64,000 nt of DNA from an uncultured Christensenellaceae bacterium (lineage in GTDB: Bacteria > Bacillota > Clostridia > Christensenellales > UBA1242). The position numbers and the translations under genes were made by a program. Positions 42,904-52,891 of this stretch are shown piece by piece. The number at the start of each line of letters is the position of its first letter. The stretch's first letter is position 1. The notes under the pieces are model-generated. The model worked only from the letters and a program-made list of their open reading frames with translations, was not told the origin of the DNA and did no database searches. Location of the stretch: NCBI GenBank assembly GCA_910587225.1, contig CAJULT010000002.1, positions 26,963 to 90,962 on the forward strand. Reading direction: 5' to 3'.

Positions 42904-45624
42904 CTACTGACCGCAGCAGTTCTTGTACTTTTTCCCACTTCCGCAAGGGCATAGATCATTGCGTCCAACCTTTGGAGTTTCATTTTTTACTGTCTTTTGC
43001 ACCTGCGCGTTCAGCTTCTTTTTTTGCTGTTTCGCACGCTCTTCGGGCGTTAATTCTTTCACAGTTTGAATAACTGTAAATTGTGGTTGTTGTGGCTGCT
43101 CGGGTGCTCTTTCAAAATGACTATTTAAAAGTATAAGGCAGGTCTGCTCCTGAATTTTATCAATCATATGGTCGAACATTTCGAAACCGTCTTGTTTGTA
43201 TGCAAGCACTGGATCTTGGTTACCAAAGCCGCGTGCAAAAATCTCATTTTTCATGATGTGCATATCTTCGATATGTCCCATCCAGTTGGCATCAACTCGA
43301 GTAAGAAGAACTCTTCTTTCAATAAACTCAAAATCAATTCCGATTTCTTTTGCTTCGTTAATTCTTTCTTGATATCGCTTATCAACAAGTTTAAGTACCT
43401 TTTCTTCCACTTCCTCTACGTCGCAGCCTTCAATAAACTTTTCTGTTATAAGTCCACTGCCCTTTTCAAGTAGTCCGCGTTCAAGTTCGGTTTCAAGTTT
43501 TTCTCTATCCCACTCGTAATATGGTTTATCATCACTGATGCATTTACGAACAGTTCTGCTAATTACTTCTGGCAGCATTCTCATAATCTGATCATGAACT
43601 GGAGCGCCGTCAAGGACGGTGTTACGCTCGCCATAGATAATTTCGCGTTGCTTATTAAGCACATCGTCAAAGCGCAGTACAGTTTTACGCTGAGCAAAGT
43701 TTTGAAGTTCAATTTTTCTTTGCGCACCCTCTATTTGTTTGGTGAGCATTTTTAGCTGAATAGGTGTAGAGTCATCGAGGCGGAACATTGCCGCAATTCT
43801 TTGCATCTTTTCACCGCCGAAACGCCTAATGAGGTCATCTTCTAGTGACAGGAAGAACACACTTGATCCCGGATCGCCCTGACGACCAGCACGACCGCGA
43901 AGCTGATTGTCAATACGCCTGCTTTCATGGCGTTCAGTACCTACAATGTGAAGCCCGCCTGCTGCTACAACTTCCTCTTTTTCGGCATCGGTAACTTTTT
44001 TGTAGTCATTGTAAAGCTCGCTGTAACGCGCTCTTGCCTTATTCATCTTTTCATCATCAATGGTATGGAAAGCGGTTGCATAAGAAATTTCGTCTTCACT
44101 GAAATTCTCCTCTCGCATCCTCTTTTTAGCCATAAATTCAGCATTTCCGCCCAGCAGAATATCAGTACCACGACCAGCCATATTGGTCGCAATGGTAACA
44201 GCGCCTTTTCTTCCAGCCTGCGCCACAATCTCACTTTCCATTTCGTGATTTTTAGCGTTCAATACATTATGTTTAATTTTAGCATGTTTTAAAGCGGTTG
44301 ACAAAAGCTCACTCTTGTCAATGTTGATTGTACCAACAAGCACAGGTTGACCTTTCTCGTTACAATCCTTTATTTCTTCAATAATGGCATCTATTTTACC
44401 CTTTTCTGTAATGTATACAATGTCAGCTTCATCGCGTCTACGATTTGGTCTGTTTGGCGGAATGGTAACAACGTCTAGATTGTAAATAGTTCTAAATTCA
44501 CCCTCTTCAGTTTTAGCTGTACCAGTCATACCTGACAGCTTTTTGTAAAGGCGGAAATAGTTTTGGAAGGTAATAGTTGCAAGCGTTTGGTTCTCATCCT
44601 TAATTGCAACCCCCTCTTTTGCCTCAATAGCTTGGTGAAGACCTGCATTAAAGCGACGTCCCGGCATAAGACGACCAGTAAATTCGTCTACAATCAAAAT
44701 TTGTCCGTCTTTAACAATGTAATTTTTATCGGCAAACATTGTAAAGTTGGCTCTAAGAGCGTTATTGATATAGTGGTTAAGCTCAATATTCTCAATATCA
44801 GAAAGACTTTCCACCTTGTAATACTTTTCAGCCTTAGTAATTCCGCTTTCGGTAAGGTTTAACTGTTTAGTCTTTTCGTCAATCTCAACATCTTCTTCAC
44901 GATTTAAGGTTTTTACAAACTTTTGCGCCTTAACATAATCTTCACTAGACTTGTTTCCTCTACCAGAAATAATAAGAGGAGTTCTCGCCTCGTCGATAAG
45001 GATACTATCCACCTCGTCCACAATCGCAAAAGCCTGTCCGCGCTGAACGCGTTGCGCCGGTTCAATCGCCATGTTATCACGAAGATAGTCAAAGCCAAGT
45101 TCGTTATTTGTGCAGTAAGTGATGTCCGCTGCGTACGCTTTTCTCTTTTGATCTGGGTTCTGTGCGTTTAACGACACGCCTACGCTAAGGCCGAGAAACT
45201 TAAATACCTTTCCCATCCACTCAGAGTCACGCTTTGCAAGATATTCGTTCACTGTTACGATATGCACGCCTTGCCCTGCAAGAGCATTTAAATATGCTGG
45301 CAAAACTTCGGTCAAGGTTTTACCTTCACCAGTTGCCATTTCAGCAATACGCCCTTGGTGGAGCGCAATACCGCCCATGATTTGAACATAAAAGTGTCGC
45401 ATATTAAGCACTCTCGAAGAGGCTTCTCTCGCAACAGCAAAGGCCTCTGGCAGAAGGTCATTAAGCGTCTGCCCAACTTTAAGTCTGTCCTTAAATTCCT
45501 GCGTGCAAAGAGTAAGCTGCTCGTTTGTAAAAGCTTTATATTTATCTTCAAGAGCAACAACTTGATCTGCAATCTTAGCTAATTTTTTAACTTGTGATTT
45601 GTTCTCATTTCCAAAAAGTCCCAT
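42904..45624 (-). CDS. secA: Preprotein translocase ATPase SecA
   Basis: 906 aa. MATGEGKTL Walker A and DEVDSILIDEARTPLIISG. C-terminal Zn-binding CPCGSGKKYKNCCG. Confidence 0.97.
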   Translation of the reverse strand: MGLFGNENKSQVKKLAKIADQVVALEDKYKAFTNEQLTLCTQEFKDRLKVGQTLNDLLPEAFAVAREASSRVLNMRHFYVQIMGGIALHQGRIAEMATGEGKTLTEVLPAYLNALAGQGVHIVTVNEYLAKRDSEWMGKVFKFLGLSVGVSLNAQNPDQKRKAYAADITYCTNNELGFDYLRDNMAIEPAQRVQRGQAFAIVDEVDSILIDEARTPLIISGRGNKSSEDYVKAQKFVKTLNREEDVEIDEKTKQLNLTESGITKAEKYYKVESLSDIENIELNHYINNALRANFTMFADKNYIVKDGQILIVDEFTGRLMPGRRFNAGLHQAIEAKEGVAIKDENQTLATITFQNYFRLYKKLSGMTGTAKTEEGEFRTIYNLDVVTIPPNRPNRRRDEADIVYITEKGKIDAIIEEIKDCNEKGQPVLVGTINIDKSELLSTALKHAKIKHNVLNAKNHEMESEIVAQAGRKGAVTIATNMAGRGTDILLGGNAEFMAKKRMREENFSEDEISYATAFHTIDDEKMNKARARYSELYNDYKKVTDAEKEEVVAAGGLHIVGTERHESRRIDNQLRGRAGRQGDPGSSVFFLSLEDDLIRRFGGEKMQRIAAMFRLDDSTPIQLKMLTKQIEGAQRKIELQNFAQRKTVLRFDDVLNKQREIIYGERNTVLDGAPVHDQIMRMLPEVISRTVRKCISDDKPYYEWDREKLETELERGLLEKGSGLITEKFIEGCDVEEVEEKVLKLVDKRYQERINEAKEIGIDFEFIERRVLLTRVDANWMGHIEDMHIMKNEIFARGFGNQDPVLAYKQDGFEMFDHMIDKIQEQTCLILLNSHFERAPEQPQQPQFTVIQTVKELTPEERAKQQKKKLNAQVQKTVKNETPKVGRNDLCPCGSGKKYKNCCGQ

Positions 45625-45802
45625 TTTAACTCCTAACTTTAGCCTATTTTAGCAAAAATTTAAAGAAAAAACAACCTTTTTATTCCCCTCCAAAAGAAAA
45701 TTGATAATTCTACCATATTTTTCAACATATTTTGCAATCTTTAAACCGCGAAAAGAGAGAATAATTTTATTTAAAAGAGGTCGGTTTTATAATCGACTAT
45801 TC

Positions 45803-45831
45803 TTGACAATCCTCCTCAAAGATGATATTAT
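45803..45831 (+). promoter_or_regulatory. Sigma-A promoter with extended -10
   Basis: TTGACA (45803-08), 17-nt spacer, TGaTATTAT (45823-31), about 30 nt upstream of ATG 45864. Confidence 0.7.
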
Positions 45832-45863
45832 ATATTTATATACTAAGTAATTAGGAGAAAAAT

Positions 45864-48800
45864 ATGGCAGAAGTAAAAAATAACGTAACTCTTAAATTAA
45901 AGGATACGCAAATCAAAGCTGCGCAGACTTTCGCAATGGCAGCAGGCGAAAAAGCTCCACTTATGAACTTTTCGTTATCAGGAAAACCGCTTGCTCAAAT
46001 TCGCATGACTGACGGAGGCAGCTATCGCCTTGTTTTAAACATGAAAGCTTTTAAAAACTGCCCTTTCACTGATAAGCTTAAAATAAATGAAAAAGGATTA
46101 ACAAACTTTGCTATCGAGCCTGTTGGAGACGCCGCTCCTATTGATTTGTCACACAAAAATGGTGGCATCGTTGTAAGGATCAAATCAAAAGACGGCTCAG
46201 CCGATTACACCTGCCGTATCAATGCTTTTGGGATCAGTCTCGAATATGACGGACAGCGTGCAACTTATAGCGCTCCTGTTAAAGAAGGCGCTGCAACTCC
46301 TATTGATGTTACCATGTCAACCACCGCTTTTGAGAAACTTTGCTCTGGCGATAAAAATTGGTCACTTGATGAAAATCATGAAGGCGTTAAACTTAACTAT
46401 CAAAGCTCAGCGCTTTTAAAACAAATGGTTGGCTTATATGCACAAACTAAAACCAGTGAAACGGAAGCCAACTTTGCTGAATTTGGATTTGAGGGCTATC
46501 AGTTCTTAGCGCTTGCTGGTGAAAACAATGAATATCACTATCTAATAAAAACTAGCGACAACCAAGTCTTGCAGTACAACAAGGGAACTCTTTCCCCTAT
46601 CTCTAAACCTGTAATTGTTACCAGAGATGAAGTTGTAGATGGAAAGACAATTCACAGAGCATATATTTCAGTTGAAGCAAATGGTCGCCATACAGACTAT
46701 GCCGTACCTACAAACAAAGACGGTTCGCCAAGTGTAAAAACTGTACAAGCTTTTGACAAGTTTACAAATTTCGAGTATGGACAAAAAGGCAATGAAGACA
46801 AACAGAAAAAAGTAAATGGACACTTCATTAAAGAATTTGATGATCGTACCCTTCAACAGGCGCAGCATATTATTAGACCTGTAAATATGGTTATTGAAGA
46901 TGAGGCTGAAAATGAAGATGAAGAAACTGACCAGCAAAACCAAACTGATGACCAGCCTCAAGTCGCTACGCAGGCAAATATTGATCAACCTGTCAAGACT
47001 CAACCTAAACGCGAAAGACATGCCGAAGGAGCGTTAAACCCTCACACCAGCACCCCTATGGGAGTTGTGAGCGAAGCTGCTGACAAAGACAACTTTAAAA
47101 AGAACAAAATTAAACTCGATGTTAAACCTGAATATGGCTATGCAACCGCTGTAATGGGTGGGGCATTGATGTTCCTTTCAGCGATTTTTCCATTTCTTTC
47201 AATTATACTAATTCCACTCGGATTTGCTGCAACCGCAGCAGGTTTCTGGGTTGCAGTAAATGCTGAGCGTCTATCAAATCCTTATCTAAAACTAGAAGAA
47301 TACGTATTTGATCCACTCACCAAAAAGCAACGCGCTTTTGAAAAAGAACAGGAACATTTCTGGGAACAAGAAACCACCGCTCAAAAAATGAATTCTCAGG
47401 CTAAGGAAGCAGGCTTTGCTTTTGAGGAAGATCAGGCTAATTTCCTCGAACATATCACAGAAGGTTTTAGCGAAGAAAACGCCGAAGCACTTCGTCAATT
47501 TATGATTGACCCTGACAATATGAAAAACAAAGAGGCGTTCTTAGAAAAATATAACCAGCTTTTGAAAAGTGAAATGAATTCAGGAACTGATGATGCTAAA
47601 GCTCTAGTTGACGCTCACTTCCCTACCCTTAGCGACGACGAAAAAGCCGCACTTTCAAAATCGCTTTTTGATGAAGGTGCTAAAGAGTTTGCTGCAGATT
47701 TAGCCAAACTTAATGATTCGCAAAAAGAAAATAACGATAAGGCAAAAGAAATTCGCGACCTTACAGGCAAGAAAATACGTGAAGGCAGTCCTAAATATGT
47801 GGAAACTTTGCTCGGCAAATATACAGACCATGCAAAGAGATCTGAATTTATTGAAAATTACTCCGACGACTTTGCTCAATACTTTGTAATGCATGACCAT
47901 AAAAACATCGGCAACCTTGTAGAATACGCCGGCACATTAACTGACGCAGGTAAGCAGTCGCTCACCCAAGCGATTGACAACTTGACAGAAAACTGCGAGC
48001 GTATCAAGGACGAAGCTTCATCAGCTGTTTCGGATTATAAAGATCGCTCTCAAGAAATCAAAAAATACAAGCTATACAAAGAAACACTTGAACAAATTAG
48101 TAAGCTGGATAAATCTTTGCAGGGAGATAATAAGGATCTTTTGCAACATTTTAATCAAGTTAAGCAAATCACTCTTAATTTACAAGCCCTTGAAATAAAT
48201 GTTAAAGATATCCGCGAAGTAGACATTCAAACCTTACAAAATGATATAGCTGAGGTGGGCTTAAATAATAGAGTTAATGGCAAAACCCTCCAACAAGCAT
48301 TGAAGGAAAATATAACGGAAGAAAATCTCACCAAACTAAGAGATGAAACCTTTGACAAGGAAGTTAAAAGCTTAAAGAGTAGCACACAATTACCTGAAGT
48401 TGTCGATGCTACAATTGATGCGGGCTTTGGCAAAAAAGTTAAGGGCGCGAAAGCAGACGACAAACAAAGTCGCATGGATAAAAAACGCGAAATTCAAGAC
48501 GAAAAACTTGAAATTGATGAAATCGAACTTAAAAATGCCACTGCCGAAATTAACGAACTTCTTTCCGACCCTCGCGCATCTTCTCGCGACAAAAAAGATG
48601 TCGATGAAATTCTTATCGGACTAAGTGCAGTAAGAAGTAGGTATAAAGGAATTTTCCAAAAGCTTGAACTTGACAATAAGAGAATCACTCGCAAAAACCT
48701 TCTCGACTTCAAAAATCAATTTAGAGGGGCAAGCATAATGTTCGAAAAAGAGATGGGCAAGAGGAAAATAGACAATTCATATTCTCTTAACCTTGAGGAC

Positions 48801-48977
48801 GACTCTAAACAAAAGAGCGTTCAAAAGACTGCAGAAAATGTTCTTGCAAATGCGGCTAAGGTTAAAAAGTACTTAGGGCTTGAAAAAGCTGAAGAGGTAC
48901 AAGAGCAAGCGGCTGCTCATGAAGAAAAAGCTCAAACTGCTCAAAAAGATGAAGCTAATGAACAATCCGCATCTTAA
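45864..48977 (+). CDS. Large (1037 aa) membrane-hairpin protein with a long coiled-coil-like C-terminal region, unknown function
   Basis: AGGAGA RBS, no signal peptide. About 340-aa N-domain, an acidic/Gln-rich linker, two adjacent TM helices (YGYATAVMGGALMFLSAIFPFLSIILIPLGFAATAAGFWVAVNA), then about 570 aa of charged, heptad-like sequence. Confidence 0.65.
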   Translation: MAEVKNNVTLKLKDTQIKAAQTFAMAAGEKAPLMNFSLSGKPLAQIRMTDGGSYRLVLNMKAFKNCPFTDKLKINEKGLTNFAIEPVGDAAPIDLSHKNGGIVVRIKSKDGSADYTCRINAFGISLEYDGQRATYSAPVKEGAATPIDVTMSTTAFEKLCSGDKNWSLDENHEGVKLNYQSSALLKQMVGLYAQTKTSETEANFAEFGFEGYQFLALAGENNEYHYLIKTSDNQVLQYNKGTLSPISKPVIVTRDEVVDGKTIHRAYISVEANGRHTDYAVPTNKDGSPSVKTVQAFDKFTNFEYGQKGNEDKQKKVNGHFIKEFDDRTLQQAQHIIRPVNMVIEDEAENEDEETDQQNQTDDQPQVATQANIDQPVKTQPKRERHAEGALNPHTSTPMGVVSEAADKDNFKKNKIKLDVKPEYGYATAVMGGALMFLSAIFPFLSIILIPLGFAATAAGFWVAVNAERLSNPYLKLEEYVFDPLTKKQRAFEKEQEHFWEQETTAQKMNSQAKEAGFAFEEDQANFLEHITEGFSEENAEALRQFMIDPDNMKNKEAFLEKYNQLLKSEMNSGTDDAKALVDAHFPTLSDDEKAALSKSLFDEGAKEFAADLAKLNDSQKENNDKAKEIRDLTGKKIREGSPKYVETLLGKYTDHAKRSEFIENYSDDFAQYFVMHDHKNIGNLVEYAGTLTDAGKQSLTQAIDNLTENCERIKDEASSAVSDYKDRSQEIKKYKLYKETLEQISKLDKSLQGDNKDLLQHFNQVKQITLNLQALEINVKDIREVDIQTLQNDIAEVGLNNRVNGKTLQQALKENITEENLTKLRDETFDKEVKSLKSSTQLPEVVDATIDAGFGKKVKGAKADDKQSRMDKKREIQDEKLEIDEIELKNATAEINELLSDPRASSRDKKDVDEILIGLSAVRSRYKGIFQKLELDNKRITRKNLLDFKNQFRGASIMFEKEMGKRKIDNSYSLNLEDDSKQKSVQKTAENVLANAAKVKKYLGLEKAEEVQEQAAAHEEKAQTAQKDEANEQSAS

Positions 48978-49002
48978 TAGTAAATAAAAAGGAAAACAAA
49001 AA

Positions 49003-50091
49003 ATGAAAATCGGAGTTGTAGGACTTCCCAATGTAGGGAAAAGCACTCTCTTTAACGCCATAACCGAAGCTGGCGCAGAGAGTGCAAACTACCCTTTCTG
49101 TACAATTGAACCAAATGTCGGCATAGTTGATGTGCCAGACGCTCGCCTTGAAAAGCTTGGCGAGCTTTATCATACCCAAAAGATTATTCCCGCCGCCATT
49201 GAGTTTGTGGACATTGCCGGTCTTGTTGCTGGCGCAAGTCATGGCGAAGGGCTTGGCAACAAGTTTTTAAGTCATATTCGCGAAGTGGACGCAATTGTTC
49301 ATGTTGTTCGCTGCTTTGAAAATGACAAGATTATTCACGTAAGTGGCAGTGTTGACCCTATCCGCGATATTGAAATTATAAATCTTGAACTAATCCTTGC
49401 CGACCTTGAAGTAGTCAACAAAAAGTTTGAGAGGGACGCAAAACTTGTTAAAACTGGTGACAAATCACTTATTGCAGGCGTGAACCTGCTTTCTAGAATA
49501 AAAGAACAACTGGAAGACGAAGACCTTGTGAGAACTATGAGCTTAAACGATGAAGAAAAAGCTATTTTAAAAGGACTTCAACTGATAACTGCAAAACCCG
49601 TCATCTATGTCGCAAACATAGGCGAAAACGATCTTGAACATGAAAACATTTATGTTCAAAAAGTGAAAGAGTATGCACAAAATGAAGGCTCTAAATGTAT
49701 CTCTCTTTGCGCAAGGCTTGAAGAAGAAATTGTTTCTCTTCCAAAAGAGGAACGCGACTTTTACAAAGAAGAACTTGGAATAAAAGAAAGCGGACTTGAA
49801 AAGCTGGTTACTGCAAGTTATGACCTTTTGGGGCTTATGAGCTTCCTCACCGCTGGGGAAAAAGAGGTGCGCGCATGGACTATTAAGAAAGGTACAAAAG
49901 CACCACAAGCAGCCGGCAAAATTCACACCGACTTTGAAAAAGGTTTTATCAAGGCTGAAATAGTTTCATATAACGACCTTATGGAAGCTGGAAGTTATCT
50001 TAAAGCAAGGGAAAATGGGAAGGTTCGTATAGAGGGCAAAGAATACATATTCCAAGACGGCGACATCGCGCTGTTCAGATTTAACAACTAG
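49003..50091 (+). CDS. ychF: Ribosome-binding ATPase YchF
   Basis: G1 motif GVVGLPNVGKSTLFNA. 362 aa with a C-terminal TGS-like end ...DGDIALFRFN. Confidence 0.95.
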   Translation: MKIGVVGLPNVGKSTLFNAITEAGAESANYPFCTIEPNVGIVDVPDARLEKLGELYHTQKIIPAAIEFVDIAGLVAGASHGEGLGNKFLSHIREVDAIVHVVRCFENDKIIHVSGSVDPIRDIEIINLELILADLEVVNKKFERDAKLVKTGDKSLIAGVNLLSRIKEQLEDEDLVRTMSLNDEEKAILKGLQLITAKPVIYVANIGENDLEHENIYVQKVKEYAQNEGSKCISLCARLEEEIVSLPKEERDFYKEELGIKESGLEKLVTASYDLLGLMSFLTAGEKEVRAWTIKKGTKAPQAAGKIHTDFEKGFIKAEIVSYNDLMEAGSYLKARENGKVRIEGKEYIFQDGDIALFRFNN

Positions 50092-50099
50092 GTAACGCC

Positions 50100-50489
50100 A
50101 TGGAAAACAAAGAACTTCTTAAAAAACTAAATGAAACCAACCTTTTATCACTCGCCTTTATCGGCGACGCAGTTCACACTCTTTTTGTGCGAAGACAAAT
50201 TTTAGAGGCGGAAGGTAAAATGAATAATTATCACACCCAAGCCTCCAAATATTGCAAAGCAGCCGCTCAGGCTAAGGCTATGAAAAAACTTACTCCCCTT
50301 CTTTCTGAAAAGGAGCAAACAATAGTTCGCCGCGCTCGCAATGCAAAGCCTCATCATCAGGCTAAAAACGCAACCTCTGCCGACTACAATGAGGCGACAA
50401 TGTTTGAAGCACTTATCGGTTATCTCTATCTTAGTGACAACCACGAAAGACTTGAACAGTTTTTAAAATTATCAATCTCGGAGGAATAA
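50100..50489 (+). CDS. mrnC: Mini-ribonuclease 3
   Basis: LAFIGDAVHTLFVR RNase III-like signature. 129 aa. Located upstream of rlmB as in other Firmicutes. Confidence 0.9.
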   Translation: MENKELLKKLNETNLLSLAFIGDAVHTLFVRRQILEAEGKMNNYHTQASKYCKAAAQAKAMKKLTPLLSEKEQTIVRRARNAKPHHQAKNATSADYNEATMFEALIGYLYLSDNHERLEQFLKLSISEE

Positions 50490-51218
50490 ATGTTAATCGA
50501 AGGACGCAATGCGGTTAGAGAAGCGCTTTCAAATGACGTAACTATAAACAAACTTATGGTGGATAAAGCGCTTGAACATCGCCATGACGAAATAGTTACT
50601 TTGGCATATAAAAAGCATGTCAAGGTGGAATTTGTTATGAAAAATGTCCTTGACAAAAAATCACTCACCTCCCGACACCAAAGTTTTATTGCGGAGGCAG
50701 TTGATTTTAAGTATTGCGAAGTTACTGACATTCTAGCAAAATCAAAACAACAAAGCTCAGTGCCTTTCATAGTTCTATTAGACGGAATTGAAGACCCGCA
50801 CAATTTTGGTGCTATCATCCGCTCCTGCGAATGCGCCGGCGTGGACGGAATTATCATTCCTAAAAACCGCGCCTGCCAAGTCAATGAAACGGTAATTCGC
50901 ACAAGTACTGGTGCTATCACAAATATGCTAATAGCCAAAGTAACAAACCTTAAGGACGCAATCGACACGCTTAAAGGGGCTGGCGTTTGGGTTTTCGCCT
51001 GCGAAACTGGCGGCGAAGACATTTATTCCAAAAACCTCAACCTGCCAATCGCGCTTATTATCGGAAGCGAAGGCAAAGGAATAAAACAATCTCTTCGCGC
51101 CTACGCTGACGGCATACTTACGCTGCCACTTATGGGTAAAGTTAACTCACTCAACGCAAGCGTTGCCTGCGGCGTAGCAGTGTTTGAAGTACTTAGGCAA
51201 AAAATTAAGGGGGTATAA
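50490..51218 (+). CDS. rlmB: 23S rRNA (guanosine-2'-O)-methyltransferase RlmB (SpoU/TrmH family)
   Basis: LLDGIEDPHNFGAIIRS, IGSEGKGI and NSLNASVACGV motifs. Confidence 0.9.
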   Translation: MLIEGRNAVREALSNDVTINKLMVDKALEHRHDEIVTLAYKKHVKVEFVMKNVLDKKSLTSRHQSFIAEAVDFKYCEVTDILAKSKQQSSVPFIVLLDGIEDPHNFGAIIRSCECAGVDGIIIPKNRACQVNETVIRTSTGAITNMLIAKVTNLKDAIDTLKGAGVWVFACETGGEDIYSKNLNLPIALIIGSEGKGIKQSLRAYADGILTLPLMGKVNSLNASVACGVAVFEVLRQKIKGV

Positions 51219-51219
51219 C

Positions 51220-52269
51220 ATGGGATCTATCGAAACACAAGTTAATAATTATTTAAATAATAAATTGCTTTCGATAAAAGACCTACCCACTTGCTCAAAT
51301 GGCAGTTTTATTGATAGGCTATGCTCTAAAAAATTCACGAAATATTCCATTGCTCCGGAAATTAAGCAATCGGTAGGCACCAAACTTGATAATATTATAA
51401 AAAATAAATTGCCACTTACTTTTGTACCAAGTTTTGGTGGCTATAAACATTGGTGGTCACCAACCTATCCTAACATAGATTGGGCTGAGATATTCAATAT
51501 CAAATTTTTACTAGAATATTTGTCTCCAATATTTACAAATTACTCCGCCAACAAAACAACCATTGAATATGAAAGTGAAGAAATCATATTAAGTGAACTT
51601 AATAATGTACCACAAAGTGGACTGGATAGTTATACAAAAACCTTTCGACAAGCACTCGAATTTTTTAATAAACAATTAAATGGAAAACCTGAACTAAAAT
51701 TAAGCCTTGCACGAGAACAATATAAGGGGTACAACTTTGACAAGCAAAAGTTATTAGCAAGAATTGATGAGATGATGCCAGAATATACCGAAAAGTTTAA
51801 TAATTATAACAAAGAAGATCAAGAACGAAGAATAAATAAAGCTCGTACAAATTTCAAACTTGATGGAGTAGTAGACTACACACAACTAAGCAAAACGGAA
51901 AAAGAAGCGCTATATAAGCATTCTCGAATTTTCAACGAAGCTTTTCTTGATGCCGACTTTGAAGTGAGAGGAAACGACTTCTTTGAAAAAAATACAAACA
52001 TTCCGCTTCTATTTTCTTTCGGACTTGGTCCTGGCGGTGAAACTTGGTTACATGTTGGATCTTGCCGGTCTTCAATGACTGATTTTTGGGCGGGAATTGG
52101 AATACTTGAAATTCGTGATGATAACACAATTATAGAGCGAATTTTAAGTCGAAAACAATATGAAAGCATACAAAATGATTTAATTAAAGTTAAAGTTGAT
52201 TGCCCGATTTCTTATATTTGCAACAATTTGAATAATATCATGGTGTATTTAGGAAAATTAAACTTTTAA
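51220..52269 (+). CDS. Hypothetical protein (349 aa) in the rlmB-sigH slot
   Basis: AAGGGGG RBS. ATG 51220 lies 1 nt after the rlmB stop. It is more AT-rich than its neighbours. It does not resemble YacP/Rae1, which usually occupies this position. Confidence 0.55.
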   Translation: MGSIETQVNNYLNNKLLSIKDLPTCSNGSFIDRLCSKKFTKYSIAPEIKQSVGTKLDNIIKNKLPLTFVPSFGGYKHWWSPTYPNIDWAEIFNIKFLLEYLSPIFTNYSANKTTIEYESEEIILSELNNVPQSGLDSYTKTFRQALEFFNKQLNGKPELKLSLAREQYKGYNFDKQKLLARIDEMMPEYTEKFNNYNKEDQERRINKARTNFKLDGVVDYTQLSKTEKEALYKHSRIFNEAFLDADFEVRGNDFFEKNTNIPLLFSFGLGPGGETWLHVGSCRSSMTDFWAGIGILEIRDDNTIIERILSRKQYESIQNDLIKVKVDCPISYICNNLNNIMVYLGKLNF

Positions 52270-52281
52270 AAGGAGGACAAA

Positions 52282-52881
52282 ATGGCAGCTACCGATGAAG
52301 AGCTTGTCGCGTTAGCCCAGTCTGGCGATTGCGAAGCTATGAACAGCTTGCTTACTAAGTACAAAAATTTAGTAAACAAAATTTCACGCAGTTATTATCT
52401 TTTGGGCGGCGATATTGAAGACATAGTCCAAGAAGGCATGATAGGCTTATATCAAGCAATTATCAGCTTTAAAACTGGCAAAAATGCCTCTTTCAAAACC
52501 TTTGCTTATATCTGTGTCAAACACCAAATACAAGCGGCAGTGAAAAAGGCAAGCAGTGAAAAGAATAAAATTTTATCCTCTGCCCTGCACCTATGGGAAC
52601 AAGATGACGACGATGAATCCTTTGATAGCAAAATTGAAGCTATTGTCCCCTCCTCACTGCCAACTCCCGATGACCGAGCTATAGAAAGCGAAAACCTTAG
52701 GGAACTTCAACAAAAAATTAAGCAAACATTATCCCCTTTGGAAGTTAAAGTTCTATCACTATATCTAAAAGGTTATAGTTATAAAGAAATCTCGCAAAAG
52801 GGCGATATGAATAGTAAAAGCATTGATAACGCTCTCACCCGCATTAAAAATAAATTGACTTTCTTAAAGAAAGCCGAATAA
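52282..52881 (+). CDS. sigH: RNA polymerase sigma factor SigH
   Basis: YYLLGGDIEDIVQEGMIGLYQAIISFK closely matches B. subtilis SigH region 2. C-terminal HTH YKEISQKGDMNSKSIDNALTRIKNK. Confidence 0.9.
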   Translation: MAATDEELVALAQSGDCEAMNSLLTKYKNLVNKISRSYYLLGGDIEDIVQEGMIGLYQAIISFKTGKNASFKTFAYICVKHQIQAAVKKASSEKNKILSSALHLWEQDDDDESFDSKIEAIVPSSLPTPDDRAIESENLRELQQKIKQTLSPLEVKVLSLYLKGYSYKEISQKGDMNSKSIDNALTRIKNKLTFLKKAE

Positions 52882-52891
52882 GGAGAAAAAT

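Noticed and set aside
45743-45754. AAACCGCGAAA shared between the 21478-21491 repeat arm and the region upstream of the 1037-aa gene, considered as a possible common operator.
   Set aside because: A single shared 11-mer in 64 kb (both strands) is well within chance expectation, and the positions relative to the promoters differ.
50426-51022. 198-aa ORF antisense to rlmB. Many similar track ORFs fall in the same class, for example 523-795(-), 2010-2204(+), 13002-13367(-), 17067-17570(-), 29769-30122(+), 30585-30995(+), 32878-33273(+), 35701-36114(+), 59899-60483(-) and 60817-61197(-).
   Set aside because: All lie inside, and in other frames or strands of, genes with strong family signatures or clear start and stop context. 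They have no RBS or promoter of their own and show skewed, low-complexity composition typical of shadow ORFs.
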